DNA of 64,000 nt from Vicinamibacteria bacterium (GTDB lineage: Bacteria; Acidobacteriota; Vicinamibacteria; Marinacidobacterales; Marinacidobacteraceae), in contig OY821641.1 of the NCBI GenBank assembly GCA_963555995.3, positions 576,001 to 640,000 of the forward strand. Reading direction: 5' to 3'. Of the stretch, positions 57,482-64,000 are shown in pieces; the first letter of the stretch is position 1; the number at the start of each line of letters is the position of its first letter. The notes below the pieces were generated by a model, which was given only the letters and a program-made list of their open reading frames with translations, had not been told where the DNA came from and searched no databases. The translations under genes were made by a program, and so were the position numbers.

Positions 57482-58135
57482 CTAGTGCTCGCCCTGGCCT
57501 TCGACGACGAAGCCGAGGGTGAGGCCGTCCGCCCAGGGATAGCCGAGCGCCCAGCCGCCGGTGTCGTCCTGGAAGATCGCGGGTTCGGTGATCCCCTCCC
57601 AGTTGGGCGCCAGACTCATCACCGCCGGGTGGCCGATGCCGGTGGCGGCGAAGCTCATGATGTTGAGGTCGTCCTGGCCCCACTCGACGTCCACGGTCAT
57701 GTCCTCCGCGACCGGAACCAGCAGCACGAAGTCGAGGTGCACCGAGACGCCCATGTGGTTCCCGTCCTCGGGACGGATCCCGTAGCGCATGGTGAAGACG
57801 TTCGGCTCGATGGGGTTCCCCTTGTAGTCGGACCAGGGACCGTCAATCCGGACGACGCCGACCAGGGTCCCGACCCCGAGCTCCGGGAACGACGCCGCGG
57901 GGTTCGCGTTGGCGCCGGTGGGTTGCTCGGCGCGGAGCCAGAAGTCGAGGTTCACTCCCGAGGCGAGCGTCGCCCGGACTCCCTCCGCCCCGATCACCGC
58001 CCGGATCTCCTCCGAGACATCCTCCGGAGGAGCGCCGTCGGCGGCCCCCAGGGTTGGCTGATCGGCCCCCAGCGACAGGCCGGCGGCGAGCAGCGCGGCC
58101 GGCGGCAGACAGGCGAAACGCGGACGAACCTTCAT
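57482..58135 (-). CDS. Exported hypothetical protein (last gene of the molybdoenzyme cluster)
   Basis: Signal peptide; motifs DYKGNPI, PEDGNHMGVS, GHPAVM, terminal GQGEH. Confidence 0.75.
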   Translation of the reverse strand: MKVRPRFACLPPAALLAAGLSLGADQPTLGAADGAPPEDVSEEIRAVIGAEGVRATLASGVNLDFWLRAEQPTGANANPAASFPELGVGTLVGVVRIDGPWSDYKGNPIEPNVFTMRYGIRPEDGNHMGVSVHLDFVLLVPVAEDMTVDVEWGQDDLNIMSFAATGIGHPAVMSLAPNWEGITEPAIFQDDTGGWALGYPWADGLTLGFVVEGQGEH

Positions 58136-58157
58136 GGCGCGGCAGCAGGGTCCGCCG

Positions 58158-58853
58158 TCAGCGGACGAAGGTGCCCAGGAAGGCGCTCCGCTTGAGCGGG
58201 CAGCTCCAGGTGGTGTCGAAGTCGTCGCCCCGGAACGCGTGCGCCTCGGTGTAGGCCGGCATCGCGTCCGCGATCTCCGTCAGCGGCGGGTAGTACACGA
58301 ACTCGCTGCCGCAGAGGTGATCCTTGTGGGTGATCGCCCGGGTCTTGATCTCCACCAGCTCGCCGGCGCTCAGCGCGGCGTGGCCCGGTGTGCTCTCGAA
58401 GTCCGCGGCCACCGGTGCGTCACGGATGTTCCGGACGTTGTCGAGCAGCTCGCCGCCCATGTCGTGCGCGAGCTGGATGAGGGCGCTCCGCTGGTCGGCG
58501 TTCGCGGCCTCGTCCACGATCAGCACCGACTCCACCGGGTACGGGTTGTCGTGCGGATCTCCCAGGGTCGCCTGGGCCTTCACCACCGCGACCACCGAGA
58601 GGCCGGAGAGCTCGACGCCCTCGTATGTCCCCTCGGAGACGTTCCAGGCGAGCACGGCCTCCTCGCCGTCGAGGCCGACCTCGCTGTTCGCGTAGCAGTG
58701 ACCGGCGTACACGTCCGCGGTGCGGGCCTCGAGATAGAGGCCGGTGAGCGAGGTGTCCGCCTCGCCGGGGCCTTCTGCAAAGGCCGTGGCGGCGAAAGCC
58801 ATGGCGCCCATCGCGAGGAACGCGGCTGCCAGCAGGAAACGGGAAATCTTCAT
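58158..58853 (-). CDS. DUF1326-like exported protein
   Basis: GGAGG RBS, signal peptide, YLEARTADVYAGHCYANSE, HLCGSEFVYYPPL. Confidence 0.72.
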   Translation of the reverse strand: MKISRFLLAAAFLAMGAMAFAATAFAEGPGEADTSLTGLYLEARTADVYAGHCYANSEVGLDGEEAVLAWNVSEGTYEGVELSGLSVVAVVKAQATLGDPHDNPYPVESVLIVDEAANADQRSALIQLAHDMGGELLDNVRNIRDAPVAADFESTPGHAALSAGELVEIKTRAITHKDHLCGSEFVYYPPLTEIADAMPAYTEAHAFRGDDFDTTWSCPLKRSAFLGTFVR

Positions 58854-58958
58854 GACGCTACCTCCGTCGGGGAACCACGGTTCGCTACGGTCACCCGAGC
58901 AAAAGGAGTCTAACAGGGCTCACGCCCGGCTTCATCCGGCTTTCGGGGTTCGTGCTCC

Positions 58959-59219
58959 CTACCAGGCGCTTTCGAAACAGGACCGTCCGGAACCGTCGCT
59001 GCAGCGTTCCTTGTCGGCGACCCGCCCGTCGGGGCCGAGGCAGTTCATGGTGTGGGTGCACCAGAAGTGGTCGTCGCCGGGATGCCCGCCCGGGACGCTC
59101 GGGTCGTACTCCATGTCCATGTACATGGCCTTGGAGCGCAGACGGTGGCAGAGCGAGAAAGCGGCGCGTCCGGTAGCCCCGGGAATGGCGCTCTTCGGAG
59201 CGGTGGTCTTCGTGGCCAT
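58959..59219 (-). CDS. Small Cys-rich protein
   Basis: GAGGAG RBS; 86 aa; CHRLRSK...HFWCTHTMNCLGPDG...C...RSC. Confidence 0.72.
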   Translation of the reverse strand: MATKTTAPKSAIPGATGRAAFSLCHRLRSKAMYMDMEYDPSVPGGHPGDDHFWCTHTMNCLGPDGRVADKERCSDGSGRSCFESAW

Positions 59220-59230
59220 CGTCGTTCTCC

Positions 59231-60175
59231 TCACCTGGCGGCGAGCGCGGCGCGTTTCACCGCGACCCGCGCGAGCTGGATCTTGTAGCCGTTGCCGGAG
59301 AGCGCGGCGGCGTCGGCCACCGCGGCGTCACCCGCGGCCTCGGCGCTCGCCTCGCTGATGCCGCCCGCCAGGGCCTCACCCGCCGCCGCGCTCATCCAGG
59401 GGATGGGCGCCGCGTGACCGAGCACCACCCGGGCGCCCCCGTCCGAGGCGGCGACCGAAGCGGCGGCCAGCGGCCAGTCGAAGCCCTTCCGGTTCCTGAT
59501 CTCGTAGGTGGCGTTGCTGGACGAGCGCATCGGGATGGTGACGCCGGTCACGATCTCGGCGGCGCCGAGCGTGAACTCGCTCTCGTCGCTGGAAGCCGGC
59601 GTCCGGTAGAGGTCCTCGACCGCCACGGTGCGCTCGCCGTCCGGCCCGAGGACGGTCGCCGAGGCGCCGAGCGCGATCAGCGGGGGCGCGAGGCTCGACG
59701 GGTTCACGAAGACCGCGTCCCCCCCGTTCCCGAAGATCGCGTGGTAGCGGTTGTCGCCCGTCTTCGCCATGGACGCCCCGTCGTGCATCGGCACCAGCCC
59801 GAAGCCCGCGCGGAAGTACCAGCAGCGGGGCCGCTGCAGGAGGTCGCCGCCGACCGTGCGCATGGAGAGCACCTGCCGGCTGCGGACCCCGGCGATGGCC
59901 TGCGCGACCGCCGGGAAGGACTCCCGGATCACCCGGTGCTCACCGAGCGGCCCCAGCCGGGTGGTGGCGCCGATGTGGAGTCCGCCGTCGCTCTCGTGCG
60001 CTCCGGCCAGGTCCGGGATCGCCTTCAGGTTGACGAGACGCGACGGCGCCGCCGCCCCGTCCTTCATCAGGCTCAGCAGGTCGGTGCCGCCCGCGAGCGC
60101 TACTGCCCCCTCGGCGGACAGCATCCGGATCGCGTCCTCGGTGGTCCGGGGACTGGAGTATTCGAAGGCGCGCAT
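59231..60175 (-). CDS. Xanthine dehydrogenase family FAD-binding subunit (PaoB/YagS-like)
   Basis: AGGTDLL, TVGGDLLQRPRCWYFR, NRYHAIFG, NGYKI. Confidence 0.92.
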   Translation of the reverse strand: MRAFEYSSPRTTEDAIRMLSAEGAVALAGGTDLLSLMKDGAAAPSRLVNLKAIPDLAGAHESDGGLHIGATTRLGPLGEHRVIRESFPAVAQAIAGVRSRQVLSMRTVGGDLLQRPRCWYFRAGFGLVPMHDGASMAKTGDNRYHAIFGNGGDAVFVNPSSLAPPLIALGASATVLGPDGERTVAVEDLYRTPASSDESEFTLGAAEIVTGVTIPMRSSSNATYEIRNRKGFDWPLAAASVAASDGGARVVLGHAAPIPWMSAAAGEALAGGISEASAEAAGDAAVADAAALSGNGYKIQLARVAVKRAALAAR

Positions 60176-62298
60176 CAGGCCATCCCTCCGTTGATTGCGG
60201 CGAGCACCCGCTCGGGGGTCATCGGCATCTCGTTGATCGGAACCCCGGTCGCGTTGGTCGCCGCGTTGGCGATCGCCGCTCCCGGCGCGATGACCGGGGG
60301 CTCGCCCAGGCCGATCACCCCGCGTTCGTCGTAACCGGGTCCGGTCATCATGTGGACGATCATCTCGCCCACGTCCTCGATTCCGGCCAGCTTGTAGAAC
60401 TCCATGTCGGGGTTCAGCATCTGGCCGGTGTGCGGATCGAAGACCCGCTCCTCGGTGAGCGCGTAGGTCACGCCCATGATGAGCGAGCCGTACACCTGGC
60501 TCTCCGCGAGCTTCATGTCGAGGATGAGCCCGCAGTCCTGGACCGCGACCATGCGGTTGATGGAGACCACGCCGGTCTCCATGTCCACGCTGACGTCGGC
60601 CATCTGGATGCCGCCCACCCCGCTGTCGTTCAACTGGCCCGGGCCGGGGTTGGCGCCGGTGGCGGACACCGGGTTCACCCCGATGAGGGTCGCCGCCTGC
60701 CGCCAGGGCATCGCGGCCATGGAACCGTCCTTGAAGTGGAGCTGGCCGTTCTTGAGTTCCAGGTTGGCCATCTCGGTCCCGAGCCGCGGGGCGATCCGCT
60801 CGAACACGGCGTCCACCGCGTTGAGCGCCGCCCGGCGGGTAGCGCCGCTGACGCCTCCCACCGTGGTGCTGCCGCCCGAGGCGCCGGATGCCGGGAGGAC
60901 GCTCCGTCCCATGGTCACCTTGACCTGCTCCAGGCCGACGCCGAAGGTCTCGGCCAGCACCAGGGCGATGATGGTGCGGGTCCCGGTGCCGAGGTCTTGG
61001 CTCCCGATCCGGGCTTCCACCAGCCCGTCGCGGTAGGCGAGCACCTCGCAGTTGCTCCGGTGGCCGCGGCCGCCCCAGGTGTGGAGCGCGAGGCCGAGGC
61101 CCGAGCGCACCGTCCCGGTCGCCGAGCCGCGCGGCCGCCAGCGGTCGCGCCAGCCCATCAGTTCGGCGCCCTTCTCGAGTTCCTCAACGTAGGTGTTCGC
61201 ACGCTCGCCGGTCTTCTCGATGTTCTTCAGGAAGAAATCGAGCGGGTCCATCCCCGCCGCGTGGGCGAGGTCCTCGAGCGCCCGCATGGTGACGAGGCAC
61301 GCCTGCGGGTGTCGCGGGGCCCGCCAGGCCCGCGCCGGCCCGGTGTTCGTCGGCACCGAGGTGTGCATGTGGGTCTGGTTCTCGAAGGAGAACACGTAGG
61401 GGAGCGGCGGGGAGTTCGCGCCTGCCGGTCCTCCCGAACCCCAGCTCTTCGAATCCCAGGCCACCACGTTCCCGTCGGCGTCGGCGCCCGTCGAGACCTC
61501 GGCGTGCGTCGAGGGACGCGCGCCGGCGACGCTGACCTCCTGGTCCCGGTCGAGCATCAGCTTCACCGGCCGGCCGGTGTCCTTCGCGAGCTGGGCGCAG
61601 ACCACGCCCCAGCGGTCCACGCTGAACTTGCTGCCGAAGCCGCCGCCCATGTACTGGGTCTCGACGTGGACGTTCGAGGCCGGGATGCCGATCTGCTCGC
61701 CGAGCTGCGACGCGACGCCGGAGATCGCCTGGGTGGAGGCCCAGAGCGTGACCGTCTCCTCGTCCTGCCACTCGGCGACCTGGCCGTGGGACTCGAGCGA
61801 GCAGTGGGCGATCTGCGCCACGTGGTAGCTGCCGCTCGACTTCGTCGGCGCCGAGGCCATCGCCGCCGCCGGGTCCCCGGTGGTCTCCGCCTGGGCGGGC
61901 TGGGCGTCGGGCGCCTCGTCCACCGCGCGCTCGTTCACGAAGTGCGGCAGCACCTCGTATTCGATCTTCACGGCGGCCGCGCCGTCGCGGGCGACCTCCT
62001 CCGAGGTGGCGGCCACCGCCACGATCTCGTCGTGCGCCCACTGGATCTCGGTCCCCACGTCCTGGATGACGTGGACCTTGACCACCCCGTCCATCGCCTC
62101 CGCCGCCGAGGTATCCATGGCGGTGATGCGGGCGTGAGCGTGCGGGCACTGGACCATGATCGCCCAGAGCATTCCGCGGCGGTTCACGTCGTAGGCGTAC
62201 TTCGCCCGTCCGGTCGCCTTGACGGGTCCGTCAAGGCGGCTGATGTGTTTGCCGATGTGCAGGCGGTCGCCTGCGGCGGGCCAGACATACTCAGCCAT
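60175..62298 (-). CDS. Xanthine dehydrogenase family molybdopterin-binding subunit (PaoC/YagR-like)
   Basis: [36 protein letters not shown]. Confidence 0.94.
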   Translation of the reverse strand: MAEYVWPAAGDRLHIGKHISRLDGPVKATGRAKYAYDVNRRGMLWAIMVQCPHAHARITAMDTSAAEAMDGVVKVHVIQDVGTEIQWAHDEIVAVAATSEEVARDGAAAVKIEYEVLPHFVNERAVDEAPDAQPAQAETTGDPAAAMASAPTKSSGSYHVAQIAHCSLESHGQVAEWQDEETVTLWASTQAISGVASQLGEQIGIPASNVHVETQYMGGGFGSKFSVDRWGVVCAQLAKDTGRPVKLMLDRDQEVSVAGARPSTHAEVSTGADADGNVVAWDSKSWGSGGPAGANSPPLPYVFSFENQTHMHTSVPTNTGPARAWRAPRHPQACLVTMRALEDLAHAAGMDPLDFFLKNIEKTGERANTYVEELEKGAELMGWRDRWRPRGSATGTVRSGLGLALHTWGGRGHRSNCEVLAYRDGLVEARIGSQDLGTGTRTIIALVLAETFGVGLEQVKVTMGRSVLPASGASGGSTTVGGVSGATRRAALNAVDAVFERIAPRLGTEMANLELKNGQLHFKDGSMAAMPWRQAATLIGVNPVSATGANPGPGQLNDSGVGGIQMADVSVDMETGVVSINRMVAVQDCGLILDMKLAESQVYGSLIMGVTYALTEERVFDPHTGQMLNPDMEFYKLAGIEDVGEMIVHMMTGPGYDERGVIGLGEPPVIAPGAAIANAATNATGVPINEMPMTPERVLAAINGGMA

Positions 62299-62983
62299 TG
62301 GTGGTTCCTCCTCCGGCCGCCTGGGCGACGGCCGCCCGGATGCCGGCGTAGGTGCCGCAGCGGCAGAGGTTGCCGCCGAGCTCCCGGTGGACGGTGTCCT
62401 GGTCGGGATTCGGGTGACGGTTCAGGAGCGCCGCGCTCGCGACCACGAAGCCCGGCGTGCAGAAACCGCACTGCTGGGCGTCGTGGTCCACGAACGCCTG
62501 CTGGATGGGGTGCATGTCCGCCGGCGATCCGATGCCTTCCACGGTGGTGACCTCCGCGCCCTGCGCCTCGATCGCGAGCACCGAACAGGCATAGACCGGG
62601 TCGCCGTTCATCAGCACCGTGCAGGCGCCGCAGGTGCCGCGGTCGCAGACCTTCTTGGCGCCGGTCAGGTCGAGGTGGTTGCGGAGCGCGTCCAGCAGCG
62701 TGACCCTCGGTTCGAGGGTCGCGACGTACGCCTTGCCGTTGATCCTGAAGGCCATGTCCACCGCGCCCGGCCCGGCGACCCCCGGCTCTCCCTGAGCCGC
62801 GGCGTCGTCCAGCATGCCGGACAGCAACCCCGCGGAGGCGGCCCCGGCGGCGGCGCTTCCCCGCAGGAACTGGCGGCGGGAAAACGATCCTTTCGCCTTC
62901 GTCCCGGCGCTGGCGGTTCTCGGTTCGGGGCTCGCTTCGGGTTGCTCCTCGCGAGGCGTTTTCGGATACCTGGTCTGGGCCAT
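62291..62983 (-). CDS. [2Fe-2S] subunit with Tat signal (PaoA/YagT-like)
   Basis: SRRQFL Tat motif; [23 protein letters not shown]; GGAGG RBS and ATG 62983. Confidence 0.93.
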   Translation of the reverse strand: MAQTRYPKTPREEQPEASPEPRTASAGTKAKGSFSRRQFLRGSAAAGAASAGLLSGMLDDAAAQGEPGVAGPGAVDMAFRINGKAYVATLEPRVTLLDALRNHLDLTGAKKVCDRGTCGACTVLMNGDPVYACSVLAIEAQGAEVTTVEGIGSPADMHPIQQAFVDHDAQQCGFCTPGFVVASAALLNRHPNPDQDTVHRELGGNLCRCGTYAGIRAAVAQAAGGGTTNG

Positions 62984-63062
62984 CGAAGTCCCTCCGGATC
63001 GAGTTTCCAAGTGGGCCACTATACCAGCGGTACCGCATCCCCCGGCGGTTACGATCCCGGGT

Positions 63063-63437
63063 ATGCAGCGTGTTTCCCCGCCGCCGGACCGGCGCCCGAA
63101 GGATCCGGCGCCGATCGGGGATCTGCTCGGCCTCGTGTTCTCGACCCGCGACCAGGGGGCCATGCTCGATCTCGGGTTCCTGAAGGCGCTCTGGGACCGG
63201 GCGGCGCCGCCGGAAATCGCGCGGCGGGCGGTTCCGGCGCGCGTCGAGAAGCGCGTCCTGACCGTCATCACCGCGGACCCGCTGATCCGCGCCGAGGCGC
63301 ACCGGCGCCGGACGGAGATCGCGCGGCGCCTGGTGCGCGCCGCCGGCCTCCCCGAGGCCCGGCTGCGGGTGCGGGTCGAGCTCGGGGTTCCGGCGCTGGC
63401 GGAGGACGCTTCCGGCCGGGGAAGGCGGGGGGAGTGA
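63063..63437 (+). CDS. DUF721 / DciA-like protein
   Basis: PIGDLL...[25 protein letters not shown] pattern; TACGAT lies 7 nt before the ATG. Confidence 0.65.
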   Translation: MQRVSPPPDRRPKDPAPIGDLLGLVFSTRDQGAMLDLGFLKALWDRAAPPEIARRAVPARVEKRVLTVITADPLIRAEAHRRRTEIARRLVRAAGLPEARLRVRVELGVPALAEDASGRGRRGE

Positions 63438-64000
63438 CCGGGGCGAACGGGGGTCCGCCGGTCTGGATCTCCTCCGCGGTCCGCACCCCGATCGGGAAGC
63501 TGCTCGGGGGGCTCTCCCCGCTGCCCGCCCCGAAGCTCGGGGCGCTGGCGGTCCGCGCGGCGGTCGAGCGCGCCGCGGCCCCCCCGGACGCCGTGGACGA
63601 GGTCATCCTCGGGAACGTACTGACCGCCGGGCTCGGCCAGAACCCGGCCCGCCAGGCCGCGCTGGGCGCCGGGCTGCCCGCCGAAGTCGGCGCCCTCACC
63701 ATCAACAAGGTCTGCGGGTCGGGGCTGAAGGCGGTCATGCTCGCCCGCCAGGCGATCCTCGCCGGCGACGCCGACCTGGTGGTGGCGGGGGGTATGGAGT
63801 CCATGTCGAACGCCCCGCATCTCCTTCGGGGAATGCGGGCCGGGTCGAAGATGGGCGACGGCAGCCTCGTGGACTCGATGGTGCACGACGGACTCACCGA
63901 CGCCTTCGAGGACATCCACATGGGCGAGACCGCCGAGCGGGTGGCCGACCGCTACGGAGTGAGCCGCGCGGCGATGGACGAATACGCCGCCGAGAGCCAG
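63434..64000 (+). CDS. Acetyl-CoA C-acetyltransferase (thiolase), partial
   Basis: Manual translation from GTG 63434: [40 protein letters not shown]. Confidence 0.93.
   Translation, partial: MTGANGGPPVWISSAVRTPIGKLLGGLSPLPAPKLGALAVRAAVERAAAPPDAVDEVILGNVLTAGLGQNPARQAALGAGLPAEVGALTINKVCGSGLKAVMLARQAILAGDADLVVAGGMESMSNAPHLLRGMRAGSKMGDGSLVDSMVHDGLTDAFEDIHMGETAERVADRYGVSRAAMDEYAAESQ

Overview
A very GC-rich bacterial chromosomal segment. The gene content (Oar-type TonB receptor, TPR and ASPIC/UnbV FG-GAP proteins, many Tat and lipoprotein-exported hydrolases) suggests Acidobacteriota, possibly host-associated; this is inference only. It holds about 50 CDS, mostly amino-acid/peptide scavenging, redox and envelope genes. 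These include a heme-type TonB receptor (partial), an AAA+/DUF4143 ATPase, VapBC, ggt, glnS, soxC plus cytochrome c, DppA, a PP2C response regulator/binding protein/histidine kinase operon, an amidase and amidohydrolases, RidA, a permuted D-amino acid oxidase, lat, a PaoABC-like molybdoenzyme cluster and a thiolase (partial). Mobile and repeat content: one intact IS256 with perfect IRs and a 9-bp TSD, one 187-bp MITE plus an orphan MITE end, and about 20 copies of a REP-like double-hairpin family in tandem arrays and inverted doublets. The most notable signals are (1) a window-wide pattern of -10 boxes 6-9 nt before start codons, suggesting leaderless mRNAs; (2) the covarying REP family; (3) an apparently exported D-amino-acid oxidase/RidA module; and (4) a molybdoenzyme operon whose FAD subunit lacks most [4Fe-4S] cysteines but is followed by a small Cys-rich protein. 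No rRNA, tRNA or CRISPR array was recognised. All family assignments come from motif recognition by eye, not database searches.
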